Origin: an uncultured Lachnospiraceae bacterium
GTDB lineage: Bacteria > Bacillota > Clostridia > Lachnospirales > Lachnospiraceae
Length of the DNA stretch: 45,812 nucleotides
Direction: 5' to 3'
NCBI GenBank assembly: GCA_964388555.1
Contig: CAYMAY010000004.1
Coordinates: forward strand, 1 to 45,812
Shown here: one piece after another, positions 1-10,909 of the stretch
Layout: every line of letters begins with the position of its first letter
Position numbering within the stretch: position 1 is the first letter of the stretch
Translations under genes and position numbers: made by a program
Notes under the pieces: model-generated
What the model saw: only the letters and a program-made list of their open reading frames with translations
Told to the model about the DNA's origin: nothing
Database searches by the model: none

Positions 1-3
1 AAA

Positions 4-1107
4 ATGAGTATTTATAATATGCCGTGGAAGCTTGTTTGGAACAGACTTCGTGGATGCGGAGGCAGGGAAATAGACAGATTTCGAGGAATTTTCCCTCCTG
101 TTGATGACGAAAACGGATCGGAGGCTTGGATAGGTTCGGATACAAAGGCTTTGGGAGCAACAGAGGAAAATCCGATCGGTTGTTCGGAAGTGATGCTGCC
201 GGATGGAAAAAGAGAGTTTCTGTATCGTGTGATTGAACAAGCGCCGATGGAAATTCTTGGGAAAAAACACATCGAGAAAAACGGTAAACGTCTTGGAATA
301 TTGGTAAAGCTGCTCGATGCGCAGGAAAGTTTTGCAATGGAGGCTCATCCAACACGCAATGTGGCGAAGAAGATTTGGAATAGTGAGTACGGAAAAGAAG
401 AAAGCTGGTATATTTTAGGAACAAGAGATGATGTAAGAGAGCCTGCATTCGTATATCTTGGCTTTAAGGAAGGCGTTACGAAAGAAAGGTTCGCCGAGCT
501 GTACGATAAAGGAGATTTGAGCGCACTGGAGGAATTGTGCCATAAGATTCAGGTAAAGCCCGGAGATGCGTTCATGATACGAGGCGGTCTTCCTCACGCA
601 TTGGGTGCCGGCTGTTTTGCGCTGGAGGTACAGGAGCCGAGTGACATAGGCGTAACTCCGCTGCCGCAGAGTGCATTGGCGGAATATTATCGTTCGTGCG
701 GATGTGAAATGGAGATGCAGGATGAGGGTAAATACCGAAGCGACATCATAGAGACGTTTGTCTACGAAGGAAGAAGCCGTGAAAAGAATCTTGAAAAATG
801 GTATATTCCCGGGAAAATAATACGAAATGGAATATGGGGCAAGGAAGTGCTTTTGGCAGGGCCTGATCAGACGGAATATTTTTCGTATACGAGATTAGAT
901 GTGGACGGACAGGCAAGTGTCAGGAATACAGGATTTCCGCAAATTGCTGTGGTTATAGATGGAGAGGGAAGCTTTATACATAAAGAAGGAAGTATGGAAG
1001 TTAAAAAGGGAGATGAGCTGTTTCTTCCATATAATATACCCGAAGCATCTGTAAAAGGTAAATTGAGTATAATCTTCTGCCATCCGGAAGGAGCGAGTGT
1101 TGAATAA
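4..1107 (+). CDS. class I mannose-6-phosphate isomerase-like cupin protein
   Basis: The 367-aa ORF resembles type I phosphomannose isomerase (PMI): N-terminal PWKLVWNRLRG..., then AMEAHPT, ESWYILG and GLPHALGAG blocks in the PMI order. The metal-site motif is divergent (EAHP instead of QVHP). Confidence 0.6.
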   Translation: MSIYNMPWKLVWNRLRGCGGREIDRFRGIFPPVDDENGSEAWIGSDTKALGATEENPIGCSEVMLPDGKREFLYRVIEQAPMEILGKKHIEKNGKRLGILVKLLDAQESFAMEAHPTRNVAKKIWNSEYGKEESWYILGTRDDVREPAFVYLGFKEGVTKERFAELYDKGDLSALEELCHKIQVKPGDAFMIRGGLPHALGAGCFALEVQEPSDIGVTPLPQSALAEYYRSCGCEMEMQDEGKYRSDIIETFVYEGRSREKNLEKWYIPGKIIRNGIWGKEVLLAGPDQTEYFSYTRLDVDGQASVRNTGFPQIAVVIDGEGSFIHKEGSMEVKKGDELFLPYNIPEASVKGKLSIIFCHPEGASVE

Positions 1108-1169
1108 TGTGCCGGATTCGTCAAGGAAATTTGATACAAAAATTCGGCAAATTAATCGGAAAATTTTTC

Positions 1170-1198
1170 TTGCATTATGCCCAAAGTTCAAGTATAAT
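1170..1198 (+). promoter_or_regulatory. sigma-A type promoter of the ribosomal-protein operon (TTGCAT-17 nt-TATAAT)
   Basis: -35 TTGCAT at 1170-1175 and -10 TATAAT at 1193-1198 with an exact 17-nt spacer. It lies about 225 nt upstream of the rpsJ ATG, which implies a long leader. Confidence 0.6.
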
Positions 1199-1425
1199 GC
1201 GAATGTTGTGACATGATAGCTTTGATGCGTGAGGTTGCTGTTTACAAAACAGGTTAATTTACGCGGAGCAAATGTCCGTTCAAGAAACAGGCGACAAGTC
1301 ACTGTACAATTTAAAATGTCCGCTTACGAAGCGGAAACAACGTGTGAAAGTTTAAGACACACACGGAGAAGTGTACAGTCACCACTGTCGTACTTAAATG
1401 TGCGAATAAGGAGGCGACTTTTTTT

Positions 1426-1737
1426 ATGGCAAATCAGAAAATGAGAATCATCTTAAAGGCTTATGATCATCAGCTTGTAGACGCTTCGGCGGCTAAGATA
1501 GTTGAGACAGTTAAGAAGAACGGCGCAGCAGTAAGCGGACCGGTTCCGCTCCCGACAAAGAAGGAGATCGTTACGATCCTCAGAGCCGTTCATAAATATA
1601 AAGATTCTCGTGAGCAGTTCGAGCAGAGAACACACAAGAGACTTATCGACATCCTCACACCCACTCAGAAGATCGTTGATGCTCTTTCGAGACTCGATAT
1701 GCCCGCTGGAGTTTTCATCGATATAAAGATGAAATAA
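1426..1737 (+). CDS. rpsJ: 30S ribosomal protein S10 (uS10)
   Basis: [15 protein letters not shown]... is a typical uS10 N-terminus. AAGGAGG SD at 1408-1414. It heads the S10-type gene order. Confidence 0.97.
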   Translation: MANQKMRIILKAYDHQLVDASAAKIVETVKKNGAAVSGPVPLPTKKEIVTILRAVHKYKDSREQFEQRTHKRLIDILTPTQKIVDALSRLDMPAGVFIDIKMK

Positions 1738-2016
1738 TAACGAGCAACGTGGCTTAACGAGGCACGCAGGCTTGCTTGCGAGACTAAGTTAAGACATGGT
1801 GCGACAAACAAACATGAAGCACGGGCTGCGCGAAGCGGAGCTAAAGTGCGAATGATTGTTTGACAATCATGAGAGCGTGAAACGCGAAATGATTGTGTTA
1901 TTAAATAAAGTAAAACAACGGTTAATTGATATAGAAGTAATGTACGCATTCCACGTATATCTGTTAACTAGTATGAGCCCCTAAGGGGTTCCGCTGTAGA
2001 AAAACAGGAGGAAAAC

Positions 2017-2652
2017 ATGAAGAAAGCAATTTTAGCTACTAAAGTTGGAATGACACAGATTTTCAACGAAGACGGAGTTCTCACTCCCGTGACAGTGCTT
2101 CAGGCAGGTCCTTGTGTGGTTACTCAGGTCAAGACGGTTGAAAACGACGGCTACAGTGCCGTACAGGTGGGCTTTGCCGATACCCGCGAAAAGCTTCTCA
2201 ACAAGCCTGAGGCTGGTCAGTTCTCAAAAGCCGGTGTTCCGGTAAAGAAATTCGTTCGCGAGTTCAGATTTGAGGATGCTGAGAGCTACGAAGTTGCGCA
2301 GGAGATCAAGGCAGACATCTTCGCAGAGGGCGACAAGGTTGATGCAACGGCCATCAGCAAAGGTAAAGGATTCCAGGGCGCCATCAAACGTCACGGACAG
2401 TCCAGAGGACCTATGGCTCACGGTTCTAAGTATCATCGCCATGCAGGATCAAACGGAGCTGCATCCGATCCCAGCAAGGTATTCAAGGGCAAGAAGATGC
2501 CCGGACAGATGGGACATGTACAGGTTACCGTACAGAATCTCGAGATCGTCCGCGTCGATGCCGAAAACAATCTGCTACTTGTAAAAGGTTCTGTTCCGGG
2601 ACCGAAGAAATCCCTTGTAACGATCTGTGAGACCGTTAAAGCAATAGGGTAA
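2017..2652 (+). CDS. rplC: 50S ribosomal protein L3 (uL3)
   Basis: 211 aa, ...[12 protein letters not shown]...GKGFQG...; AGGAGG SD at 2006-2011; conserved operon position. Confidence 0.97.
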   Translation: MKKAILATKVGMTQIFNEDGVLTPVTVLQAGPCVVTQVKTVENDGYSAVQVGFADTREKLLNKPEAGQFSKAGVPVKKFVREFRFEDAESYEVAQEIKADIFAEGDKVDATAISKGKGFQGAIKRHGQSRGPMAHGSKYHRHAGSNGAASDPSKVFKGKKMPGQMGHVQVTVQNLEIVRVDAENNLLLVKGSVPGPKKSLVTICETVKAIG

Positions 2653-2681
2653 GCCTTATACAGGAAGGAGGACCACTTCAA

Positions 2682-3302
2682 ATGGCAAACGTGGCTTTAT
2701 ATAATATGGAAGGCAAAGAAGTCGGAAACGTTGAACTTTCTGACGAGATATTCGGAGCCGAGATAAAAGAAAACCTTATTCACCGCGCAGTTGTGCTTTA
2801 TCTTGCCAACCAGCGTCAGGGTACGCAGAAGGCTAAGACGCGCAGCGAGGTAAGCGGCGGCGGAAGAAAGCCCTGGAGACAGAAGGGTACGGGTCATGCA
2901 AGACAGGGCTCAACCAGATCTCCCCAGTGGGCAGGCGGCGGAGTTGTATTCGCTCCCGTTCCGAGAGATTATTCCTTCAAGATGAACAAGAAGGAAAAGA
3001 GAGCTGCTCTTAAGTCGGCTTTAACCGCAAAGGTTCAGGATAACAAGTTCATGGTTCTCGACGAGCTTAAGTTCGACGAGATCAAGACAAAGAGCATGAA
3101 GCAGGTACTTGATAATCTCAAGGTAAGCAATGCACTTGTTGTTGTAGGAGATGAGGGCGTTAATGTTGTTAAGTCTGCAAGAAACCTTGCTGATGTACAG
3201 ACAGCTTCTCCGTCTACAATAAACGTATACGATTTACTTAAGTATGATACCGTCATCATAACAAAGAGCGGTGTCGAAGCTATCGAGGAGGTGTACGCAT
3301 AA
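2682..3302 (+). CDS. rplD: 50S ribosomal protein L4 (uL4)
   Basis: 206 aa with SGGGRKPWRQKGTGHARQGS, a uL4 hallmark; operon position. Confidence 0.97.
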   Translation: MANVALYNMEGKEVGNVELSDEIFGAEIKENLIHRAVVLYLANQRQGTQKAKTRSEVSGGGRKPWRQKGTGHARQGSTRSPQWAGGGVVFAPVPRDYSFKMNKKEKRAALKSALTAKVQDNKFMVLDELKFDEIKTKSMKQVLDNLKVSNALVVVGDEGVNVVKSARNLADVQTASPSTINVYDLLKYDTVIITKSGVEAIEEVYA

Positions 3303-3595
3303 TGGCAAACATTCAGTACTACGACGTCATCTTAAAGCCGCTCGTAACAGAAAAGAGCATGAACGAGATGTCAGAAAACAAATACACCTTTCTTGTACAT
3401 CCCGATGCCAACAAGACAATGGTTAAGGAAGCGGTTGAGAAGATGTTCAGCGGAGTTAAGGTAAAGAACGTTAACACAATGAACATGGACGGAAAGAAGA
3501 AACGCAGAGGTTATACCTACGGAAAGACCGCTAAGACGAAGAAGGCAGTTGTAACGCTTTCTGAGGGCGAGATTGAGCTTTTCCAGGGACTTTGA
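3302..3595 (+). CDS. rplW: 50S ribosomal protein L23 (uL23)
   Basis: 97 aa; its start overlaps the rplD stop (TAATG); DVILKPLVTEKS motif. Confidence 0.96.
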   Translation: MANIQYYDVILKPLVTEKSMNEMSENKYTFLVHPDANKTMVKEAVEKMFSGVKVKNVNTMNMDGKKKRRGYTYGKTAKTKKAVVTLSEGEIELFQGL

Positions 3596-3685
3596 TAGGA
3601 AGAGCGTAAGCGTATGTGCGGATATGCACGATAATCATATCGATGTGCTTTGAAAATAAAGCACACACTGAAAGGAGATACCGTA

Positions 3686-4531
3686 ATGGGAATCAAAACC
3701 TATAAACCATATACACCGTCCCGCAGACAGATGACGGGTTCGGATTTTTCGGAGATAACAAAGACAACTCCTGAGAAATCACTTGTTGTTTCTCTCAAGA
3801 AAAACTCCGGAAGAAACAATCAGGGTAAGATCACTGTAAGACATAAAGGCGGCGGAAACCGTAAGAAATACAGAATCATCGACTTCAAGAGATTCAAGGA
3901 CAGCATACCGGCAACGGTTAAGGCAATCGAATACGATCCTAACCGTACAGCCAACATTGCACTTATCTGCTATGCAGATGGTGAGAAGGCTTACATCCTT
4001 GCTCCGGAAGGACTCAAAGTCGGAATGACAGTTATGAACGGTTCCGAGGCAGAGGTTCGTACAGGAAACTGCCTTCCTATGAGTGATATACCGGTTGGTA
4101 CACTTGTACACAACGTTGAGCTTCATCCCGGAAAGGGCGGACAGCTTGTTCGTTCAGCAGGAAACTCAGCTCAGCTTATGGCTAAAGAGGATAAATACGT
4201 AACGCTTCGTCTTCCCTCAGGAGAGATGAGAATGGTTCCGTCAAACTGCAGAGCGTCGGTAGGCGTTATCGGCAACGGAGACCACAGCCTTATTAACATC
4301 GGTAAGGCCGGAAGAAAGCGCCACATGGGAATCAGACCTACAGTACGCGGTTCTGTCATGAACCCGAACGACCATCCGCACGGTGGTGGTGAAGGACGTG
4401 CTCCGGTAGGACGTCCGGGTCCGTCAACACCGTGGGGCAAGCCTGCTTTAGGACTTAAGACAAGAAAGAAGAACAAACAGTCCAATAAGTTGATCGTCCG
4501 CAGAAGAGACGGAAAACAGCTGAGCAAATAA
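3686..4531 (+). CDS. rplB: 50S ribosomal protein L2 (uL2)
   Basis: The ORF opens at 3650, but AAAGGAG at 3671-3677 followed by ATG 3686 gives the canonical [14 protein letters not shown] start. GGGEGRAP motif near the C-terminus. Confidence 0.96.
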   Translation: MGIKTYKPYTPSRRQMTGSDFSEITKTTPEKSLVVSLKKNSGRNNQGKITVRHKGGGNRKKYRIIDFKRFKDSIPATVKAIEYDPNRTANIALICYADGEKAYILAPEGLKVGMTVMNGSEAEVRTGNCLPMSDIPVGTLVHNVELHPGKGGQLVRSAGNSAQLMAKEDKYVTLRLPSGEMRMVPSNCRASVGVIGNGDHSLINIGKAGRKRHMGIRPTVRGSVMNPNDHPHGGGEGRAPVGRPGPSTPWGKPALGLKTRKKNKQSNKLIVRRRDGKQLSK

Positions 4532-4543
4532 GGAGGAGATAAG

Positions 4544-4819
4544 ATGGCTCGTTCACTTAAAAAAGGACCTTTCGCAGACGCAAGCCTGTTAAAGAAAGTA
4601 GACGCCGCGAACGCATCCGGCGACAAGGCGGTTATAAAGACATGGTCCCGCCGTTCCACTATTTTTCCCTCTTTTGTGGGTCATACAATAGCGGTTCACG
4701 ACGGACGCAAACATGTTCCGGTATATGTTACAGAGGACATGGTAGGACATAAGCTCGGTGAGTTCGTTGCTACAAGAACTTACAGAGGACACGGTAAAGA
4801 CGAGAAGAAATCGCGATAA
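4544..4819 (+). CDS. rpsS: 30S ribosomal protein S19 (uS19)
   Basis: 91 aa, [10 protein letters not shown]...[10 protein letters not shown]... Confidence 0.97.
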   Translation: MARSLKKGPFADASLLKKVDAANASGDKAVIKTWSRRSTIFPSFVGHTIAVHDGRKHVPVYVTEDMVGHKLGEFVATRTYRGHGKDEKKSR

Positions 4820-4837
4820 AGCGGAAAGGAGGACGTT

Positions 4838-5224
4838 ATGTCAAAGGGACATAGAAGTCAGATTAAAAGAGCAAGAAACGAAGAAAAAGACATGAGACCT
4901 TCCGCTAAGCTTTCCTATGCAAGAATTCCCGTTCAGAAGGCATGTTTCGTTCTGGACGCAATAAGAGGCAAGGATGCAGAGACGGCGGTCGCTATACTCG
5001 AATACAACCCGAGATATGCTTCAAGTGTTATCAAGAAGCTCCTCGAGTCAGCTATCGCAAATGCGGAGAACAACAACGGCCTCAATAAAGCCAACCTTTA
5101 TGTGGCAGAGTGCTATGCCAACAAAGCTCCGACGATGAAGAGAATTCAGCCGAGAGCACAGGGCAGAGCCTACAGGATTGAGAAACGCACAAGCCATATC
5201 ACGATAGTGTTGGATGAAAGATAA
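4838..5224 (+). CDS. rplV: 50S ribosomal protein L22 (uL22)
   Basis: 128 aa; operon position between rpsS and rpsC; ...[24 protein letters not shown]. Confidence 0.95.
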   Translation: MSKGHRSQIKRARNEEKDMRPSAKLSYARIPVQKACFVLDAIRGKDAETAVAILEYNPRYASSVIKKLLESAIANAENNNGLNKANLYVAECYANKAPTMKRIQPRAQGRAYRIEKRTSHITIVLDER

Positions 5225-5235
5225 GGAGGTCGAGC

Positions 5236-5892
5236 ATGGGACAGAAGGTTAATCCGCATGGATTAAGAGTCGGAGTTATTAAAGACTGGGATTCCAAATG
5301 GTATGCCGAGAAGGAATTTGCCGATTTCTTGGTAGAAGATCATAAGATAAGAGATTTTCTTAAGAAGAGATTATACAGCGCAGGCGTTTCCCGCATCGAG
5401 ATAGAGAGAGCTTCCCAGAGAGTTAAAGTTATACTCTACACGGCTAAGCCGGGTGTCGTAATCGGCAAGGGCGGAGCTGAGATAGAAAAAGTTAAAAATG
5501 AGCTTTCAAAGCTTATCGATAAGAAAGTTTACATCGATATCAAAGAGATCAAGCGTCCGGATCGTGATGCACAGCTCGTAGCTGAGAACATCGCGCTTCA
5601 GCTTGAGAACCGTATCTCTTTCCGTCGCGCTATGAAGTCTACAATGCAGCGCACGATGAGATCCGGAGCACTCGGAATCAAGACAGCTGTTTCAGGTCGT
5701 CTTGGCGGAGCTGATATCGCACGTACAGAGTTCTACAGCGAGGGAACAATACCGCTTCAGACACTTCGTGCTGACATCGACTACGGATTTGCCGAGGCAG
5801 ATACAACGTACGGAAAGCTTGGAGTAAAGGCGTGGATCTACAATGGTGAGGTTCTTCCTACCAAAGGAGCTAAGGAAGGGAGCGATAAATAA
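5236..5892 (+). CDS. rpsC: 30S ribosomal protein S3 (uS3)
   Basis: 218 aa, [13 protein letters not shown]...; KH-domain GKGGAEIEK. Confidence 0.97.
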   Translation: MGQKVNPHGLRVGVIKDWDSKWYAEKEFADFLVEDHKIRDFLKKRLYSAGVSRIEIERASQRVKVILYTAKPGVVIGKGGAEIEKVKNELSKLIDKKVYIDIKEIKRPDRDAQLVAENIALQLENRISFRRAMKSTMQRTMRSGALGIKTAVSGRLGGADIARTEFYSEGTIPLQTLRADIDYGFAEADTTYGKLGVKAWIYNGEVLPTKGAKEGSDK

Positions 5893-5894
5893 TC

Positions 5895-6332
5895 ATGTTA
5901 ATGCCAAAGAGAGTTAAACGTCGTAAGCAGTTCCGCGGTTCCATGAAAGGAAAAGCGTTAAGAGGAAATAAGGTAACTTACGGCGAGTTCGGCCTTGTAG
6001 CACTTGAGCCGTGCTGGATAAGATCAAATCAGATAGAGGCTGCCCGTGTAGCTATGACGCGTAACGCAAAGAGAGGCGGCCAGGTATGGATAAAGATATT
6101 CCCCGATAAGCCCGTTACAGCTAAACCTGCCGAGACTCGAATGGGTTCAGGAAAAGGAAGCGTTGAGTATTGGGTAGCGGTTGTTAAGCCGGGACGCGTG
6201 ATGTTTGAGATCGCCGGCGTTCCCGAAGAGGTTGCCCGTGAATCGTTACGTCTTGCAATGCACAAATTACCCTGCAAGTGCAAGATAGTATCCCGTGCAG
6301 ACTTAGAAGGCGGTGATAACAATGAAGAGTAA
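5895..6332 (+). CDS. rplP: 50S ribosomal protein L16 (uL16)
   Basis: 145 aa, [15 protein letters not shown]... Confidence 0.97.
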   Translation: MLMPKRVKRRKQFRGSMKGKALRGNKVTYGEFGLVALEPCWIRSNQIEAARVAMTRNAKRGGQVWIKIFPDKPVTAKPAETRMGSGKGSVEYWVAVVKPGRVMFEIAGVPEEVARESLRLAMHKLPCKCKIVSRADLEGGDNNEE

Positions 6333-6531
6333 AACATATATGGAAGATCTCGTAGCAAAATCTGCTGCTGAGCTTAATGAGGAATTGGTATCTGCCAAAA
6401 AGGAACTTTTCAACCTGAGATTCCAGAATGCGACTAACCAGCTGGACAACACCAGCAGGATCAAAGAGGTGCGCAGGAATATCGCCAGAATTTCAACGGT
6501 GATAGCACAGAAGGCTAACGCAGCTGACTGA
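6322..6531 (+). CDS. rpmC: 50S ribosomal protein L29 (uL29)
   Basis: ATG 6322 gives MKSKTY...[10 protein letters not shown]. The ORF track opens at GTG 6313. It overlaps the rplP 3' end. Confidence 0.93.
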   Translation: MKSKTYMEDLVAKSAAELNEELVSAKKELFNLRFQNATNQLDNTSRIKEVRRNIARISTVIAQKANAAD

Positions 6532-6563
6532 AGCGCCGATTTGACGAACGAAAGGAGACAATC

Positions 6564-6821
6564 GTGGAGGAAAGAAATCTTAGAAAAACACGTGTCGGTA
6601 AAGTCGTAAGCGACAAGATGGACAAGACGATAGTTGTTGCCATCGAAGATCACGTAAAACATCCTCTTTATAAGAAGATAGTTAAGAGCACATATAAATT
6701 AAAAGCACATGACGAGAATAACGAATGTCACATTGGTGATACCGTTAAGGTTATGGAAACAAGACCGCTTTCAAAGGACAAGAGATGGCGTCTTGTGGAA
6801 ATCGTCGAGAAGGCTAAATAA
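6564..6821 (+). CDS. rpsQ: 30S ribosomal protein S17 (uS17)
   Basis: 85 aa; GTG start after AAAGGAG; [19 protein letters not shown] motif. Confidence 0.95.
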   Translation: MEERNLRKTRVGKVVSDKMDKTIVVAIEDHVKHPLYKKIVKSTYKLKAHDENNECHIGDTVKVMETRPLSKDKRWRLVEIVEKAK

Positions 6822-6849
6822 CGCGTTGTTGTAAAGGAGGAATACCAGT

Positions 6850-7218
6850 ATGATCCAACAGGAAAGCAGACTTAAGGTCGCTGATAATACCGGTGCCAAG
6901 GAAATTCTTTGCATTCGTGTTATGGGCGGTTCGACAAGAAGATATGCAAACATCGGAGACGTAATCGTTGCTTCTGTTAAAGATGCAACACCGGGCGGCG
7001 TTGTTAAGAAGGGCGATGTTGTTAAGGCTGTCGTTGTACGTACAGTTAAGGGAATGAAACGTAAAGACGGTTCATACATCCGCTTCGATGAGAATGCGGC
7101 AGTTATCATCAAGGATGATAAGACGCCGAGAGGAACCCGTATTTTTGGACCGGTTGCGAGAGAACTTCGTGAGAAGCAGTTCATGAAGATCGTTTCATTA
7201 GCACCGGAAGTATTATAG
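6850..7218 (+). CDS. rplN: 50S ribosomal protein L14 (uL14)
   Basis: 122 aa, [18 protein letters not shown]... Confidence 0.97.
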   Translation: MIQQESRLKVADNTGAKEILCIRVMGGSTRRYANIGDVIVASVKDATPGGVVKKGDVVKAVVVRTVKGMKRKDGSYIRFDENAAVIIKDDKTPRGTRIFGPVARELREKQFMKIVSLAPEVL

Positions 7219-7228
7219 GAGGTTGGCC

Positions 7229-7537
7229 ATGTCAGTAAAAATTAAAAAAGGTGATACGGTCAGGGTCATTGCCGGAAAAGAGAAAGATAAAGAAGGTAAG
7301 GTCTTAGTAGTTGATCCTAAGAAGAACCGGATTATCATTGAAGGCATAAACATGGTGAGCAAGCACACGAAGCCCAGCGCAGCTAATCAGGCAGGCGGAA
7401 TCGTTGAGAAAGAAGCTCCCATCGACCTTTCGAATGTAATGTACCTTCACAAAGGTCAGCCGACCCGCATAGGTTACAAGGTCGAGGACGGCAAGAAAGT
7501 TCGCGTGGCTAAGAAGACCGGCGAAGTTATCGACTGA
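7229..7537 (+). CDS. rplX: 50S ribosomal protein L24 (uL24)
   Basis: ATG 7229 lies 6 nt after AGGAGG (7217-7222) and gives [23 protein letters not shown]. The ORF track opens at TTG 7223. Confidence 0.95.
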   Translation: MSVKIKKGDTVRVIAGKEKDKEGKVLVVDPKKNRIIIEGINMVSKHTKPSAANQAGGIVEKEAPIDLSNVMYLHKGQPTRIGYKVEDGKKVRVAKKTGEVID

Positions 7538-7561
7538 GCTTAGGAAGGAGGACATAAAATC

Positions 7562-8101
7562 GTGAGTAGATATAAAGATTTATACAAGAATCAGATTGTC
7601 GATGCCATGATAAAGAAGTTCGGGTACAAGAACATCATGGAAGTTCCGAAGCTCGATAAGATCGTTATAAACATGGGAGTCGGAGAGGCAAAGGAGAATT
7701 CCAAGGTTCTTGATTCAGCAGTAAGCGATATGGAGAAGATCACGGGACAGAAGGCGATCGTAACAAAGGCTAAAAAGTCAGTTGCAAACTTCAAGATCCG
7801 TGAGGGAATGGCCATAGGCTGCAAGACAACATTAAGAGGCGAGAAGATGTATGAGTTCGCAGACAGACTTATCAATCTTGCGCTTCCCCGTGTACGTGAC
7901 TTCCGTGGAGTAAACCCCAACGCATTCGATGGCAGAGGAAATTATTCACTAGGAATCAAAGAGCAGCTTATTTTCCCGGAGATTGAATATGATAAGATAG
8001 ACAAGATCCGCGGCATGGACATCATTTTCGTTACAACAGCTAAGACAGACGAAGAAGCACGTGAATTACTGACGTTATTCAACATGCCTTTTGCCAGATA
8101 A
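7562..8101 (+). CDS. rplE: 50S ribosomal protein L5 (uL5)
   Basis: 179 aa; GTG start after AAGGAGG; ...[20 protein letters not shown]... Confidence 0.96.
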   Translation: MSRYKDLYKNQIVDAMIKKFGYKNIMEVPKLDKIVINMGVGEAKENSKVLDSAVSDMEKITGQKAIVTKAKKSVANFKIREGMAIGCKTTLRGEKMYEFADRLINLALPRVRDFRGVNPNAFDGRGNYSLGIKEQLIFPEIEYDKIDKIRGMDIIFVTTAKTDEEARELLTLFNMPFAR

Positions 8102-8119
8102 TATTAGGAGGAAAATTTC

Positions 8120-8305
8120 ATGGCTAAAACAGCAATGAAGATAAAACAGCAGCGCAAGCCTAAATTCTCCACAAGAGAATACAGCCGCTGCAAGATCTGC
8201 GGACGTCCCCATGCGTATTTAAGAAAATACGGGATCTGCCGTATCTGTTTCCGTGAATTAGCATATAAAGGCCAGATACCGGGCGTTAAGAAAGCCAGCT
8301 GGTAA
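8120..8305 (+). CDS. rpsZ: 30S ribosomal protein S14 type Z (zinc-binding, 61 aa)
   Basis: 61 aa with CKICGRP...CRIC (CxxC...CxxC); position between rplE and rpsH. Confidence 0.95.
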   Translation: MAKTAMKIKQQRKPKFSTREYSRCKICGRPHAYLRKYGICRICFRELAYKGQIPGVKKASW

Positions 8306-8328
8306 AAGCAGAAAGGAGGAAACGCAAT

Positions 8329-8730
8329 ATGTCGATGAGTGATCCTATCGCGGATATGCTTACAAGAATACGTAATGCGAATGCTGCAAAGCATGATACA
8401 GTAGATGTTCCGGCATCTAAGATGAAGATAGCAATAGCTGATATCCTTGTAAAAGAAGGTTATATAGCAAAATATGATCTCGAGGAGAACGGTGCCATCA
8501 AGAATATTCATATTACTCTTAAGTATGGCGCTGGCAAGAACGAGAAGATTATCACAGGACTCAAGAGAATATCAAAACCGGGTCTTAGAATCTATGTAAA
8601 CAAGGAAGAGCTTCCGAGAGTTCTCGGCGGACTCGGAATTGCAATCCTTTCTACCAATCAGGGTGTTATCACTGATAAAGAGGCAAGAAAGCTTCAGGTA
8701 GGCGGAGAGGTTCTCGCATTTGTTTGGTAA
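8329..8730 (+). CDS. rpsH: 30S ribosomal protein S8 (uS8)
   Basis: 133 aa, ...[14 protein letters not shown]... Confidence 0.97.
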   Translation: MSMSDPIADMLTRIRNANAAKHDTVDVPASKMKIAIADILVKEGYIAKYDLEENGAIKNIHITLKYGAGKNEKIITGLKRISKPGLRIYVNKEELPRVLGGLGIAILSTNQGVITDKEARKLQVGGEVLAFVW

Positions 8731-8806
8731 GATGCGAAAAACAAACTGAAAACAGAGGAGACAAGGATCTCCTCCGAAAATTTAAGTTATTCAGGAGGAC
8801 AATAAA

Positions 8807-9346
8807 ATGTCACGAATAGGCAGATTGCCGGTTGTAATTCCTGCCGGCGTTACTGTTGATATCAAAGATAAAAATGAAGTAACCGTAAAAGGACCTAAGG
8901 GAAGCCTTACAAGAGTTCTTCCTGAGGAGATGGAGATAAAGGTTGAGGACGGACACGTTGTTGTATCCAGACCTAACGACCTTAAGAGAATGAAAGCTCT
9001 TCATGGACTTACAAGAACACTTATCCAGAACATGGTAACAGGCGTTACGACGGGATATGAAAAGGTTCTCGAGGTAAATGGTGTCGGTTATCGTGCTGCA
9101 AAGCAGGGTAAGAAGCTTGTTTTGAACCTTGGATACTCTCATCCGGTTGAGATGAACGATCCTGACGGACTCGAATCATCAGTAGATGGAAACAAGATCA
9201 TCGTCAAGGGTATCGACAAAGAAAAAGTCGGACAGTATGCGGCGGAGATCAGAGAAAAGAGAAAACCTGAACCTTACAAGGGCAAAGGTATCAAGTATGC
9301 TGATGAAATTATTCGCAGGAAAGTCGGTAAGACCGGTAAGAAATAA
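8807..9346 (+). CDS. rplF: 50S ribosomal protein L6 (uL6)
   Basis: 179 aa, [14 protein letters not shown]... Confidence 0.97.
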   Translation: MSRIGRLPVVIPAGVTVDIKDKNEVTVKGPKGSLTRVLPEEMEIKVEDGHVVVSRPNDLKRMKALHGLTRTLIQNMVTGVTTGYEKVLEVNGVGYRAAKQGKKLVLNLGYSHPVEMNDPDGLESSVDGNKIIVKGIDKEKVGQYAAEIREKRKPEPYKGKGIKYADEIIRRKVGKTGKK

Positions 9347-9364
9347 TATAAGGAGAGTGTTGAG

Positions 9365-9733
9365 ATGATAAATAAAGTATCAAGAGCAAAGGTTCGCCAG
9401 AAAAAACACAGCAGAATGCGCAACCATATTGCAGGCACTGCCGAGAGACCGCGTCTTGCTGTCTTCCGCAGCAACGAGCACATGTATGCTCAGCTCATCG
9501 ATGATGTAGCAGGTCATACAATTGCTTCAGCTTCTACTGTACAGAAGGATGTTAAGGCAGAGCTTGAGAAGACAAACGATGTAGCAGCTGCTGCATACTT
9601 AGGAACCGTTATCGGAAAGAAGGCTGTCGAGGCAGGAATCAAGGAAGTTGTTTTTGACCGCGGCGGATTCATATATCACGGAAAGATCCAGGCTTTGGCT
9701 GATGCAGCGCGCGAAGCCGGATTGGAATTCTAA
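9365..9733 (+). CDS. rplR: 50S ribosomal protein L18 (uL18)
   Basis: 122 aa; [20 protein letters not shown]; C-terminal [26 protein letters not shown]. Confidence 0.97.
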   Translation: MINKVSRAKVRQKKHSRMRNHIAGTAERPRLAVFRSNEHMYAQLIDDVAGHTIASASTVQKDVKAELEKTNDVAAAAYLGTVIGKKAVEAGIKEVVFDRGGFIYHGKIQALADAAREAGLEF

Positions 9734-9750
9734 GGAAGGGAGTAGAACAC

Positions 9751-10260
9751 ATGAGACATGAGTTGATCGATGCCAGCCAGTTAGAGCTGGAGGAGAAAGT
9801 CGTTTCCATCAAACGTGTAACAAAAGTTGTCAAGGGTGGACGTAACATGCGTTTTACCGCCCTGGTAGTAGTAGGCGACAGAGACGGACATGTAGGTGCC
9901 GGTCTCGGAAAGGCTGCTGAAATTCCGGAGGCTATTCGTAAGGGTAAAGAGGACGCTGCAAAAAATCTCATTACCGTTGCAAGAGATGCCAACAACAGTG
10001 TAACACATGATTTCATAGGTAAATTCGGAAGTGCTGAGGTTCTCCTCAAGAAGGCTCCCGAAGGTACCGGTATCATAGCCGGAGGCCCTGCTCGTGCAGT
10101 TGTTGAGCTTGCAGGTGTTTCCAACATCCGTGCTAAGTCACTTGGCTCGAACAATAAGCAGAACGTCGTTCTGGCTACGATCGAGGGACTGCGTCAGCTT
10201 AAAACTCCTGAAGAGGTAGCAAGGCTTCGCGGATTATCGCAGGATGAAATCTTTGCATAA
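9751..10260 (+). CDS. rpsE: 30S ribosomal protein S5 (uS5)
   Basis: 169 aa, ...[27 protein letters not shown]... Confidence 0.97.
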   Translation: MRHELIDASQLELEEKVVSIKRVTKVVKGGRNMRFTALVVVGDRDGHVGAGLGKAAEIPEAIRKGKEDAAKNLITVARDANNSVTHDFIGKFGSAEVLLKKAPEGTGIIAGGPARAVVELAGVSNIRAKSLGSNNKQNVVLATIEGLRQLKTPEEVARLRGLSQDEIFA

Positions 10261-10274
10261 GGAGGGAAATGCAG

Positions 10275-10454
10275 ATGGCTGATAAATTACGTATTACGTT
10301 AAAAAAATCTACGATCGGATGCATTCCTAAGCACAAGAAAATCGTAGAAGCTTTAGGCCTGAGAAAGGTTAACCATACTGTTGAGCAGCCCGATAACGCG
10401 GCTATCAGAGGAATGGTTAAGCAGGTTGAATATCTCGTTAAGGTTGAAGAATAA
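10275..10454 (+). CDS. rpmD: 50S ribosomal protein L30 (uL30)
   Basis: ATG 10275 lies 8 nt after GGAGGG and gives [12 protein letters not shown]...LGLRK. The ORF track opens two codons earlier. Confidence 0.93.
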   Translation: MADKLRITLKKSTIGCIPKHKKIVEALGLRKVNHTVEQPDNAAIRGMVKQVEYLVKVEE

Positions 10455-10468
10455 CAGGAGGTGCCATA

Positions 10469-10909
10469 ATGGATTTATCAAATTTGCATCCGGCTGCCGG
10501 CTCGACGCACAGCGATAATTTCCGCAGAGGACGCGGACATGGTTCGGGAAACGGCAAGACCGCAGGCAAGGGACATAAAGGCCAGAAGGCTCGTTCGGGA
10601 GCTCCGAGAATTGGATTCGAGGGTGGCCAGATGCCGCTTTACAGAAGACTCCCCAAGAGAGGCTTCAAGTGCATCAATTCAAAAGAAATCGTTGCACTTA
10701 ACATAGAAGAATTAAACAGATACGAAGACGGAACAGAGATCACAACAGAGTTTCTTGTTGAAAACGGACATGTATCCAATCCGAGAGATGGCGTAAAGAT
10801 CCTCGGAAACGGAGAACTTACAAAGAAGCTTACAGTGAAAGTGTCTGCCTTCAGCGAAAGTGCAAAAGCTAAAATAGAGGCGGCAGGTGGAACAGCCGAG
10901 GTGATCTAA
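10469..10909 (+). CDS. rplO: 50S ribosomal protein L15 (uL15)
   Basis: 146 aa; glycine/basic N-terminus [26 protein letters not shown]. Confidence 0.96.
   Translation: MDLSNLHPAAGSTHSDNFRRGRGHGSGNGKTAGKGHKGQKARSGAPRIGFEGGQMPLYRRLPKRGFKCINSKEIVALNIEELNRYEDGTEITTEFLVENGHVSNPRDGVKILGNGELTKKLTVKVSAFSESAKAKIEAAGGTAEVI

Noticed and set aside
1229-1444. 71-aa ORF in the region upstream of rpsJ
   Set aside because: It lies wholly inside the leader between the promoter (1170-1198) and rpsJ and has no SD. Its composition is Arg-rich and low-complexity, and it runs into the rpsJ start. It is more likely untranslated leader RNA.
1741-1750. Shared CGAGCAA start of the rpsJ-rplC spacer and of the 30642 structured element, as evidence of a common element family
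   Set aside because: Similarity does not extend beyond about 10 nt, and I could not find a matching outer helix in the 1738-2016 spacer.
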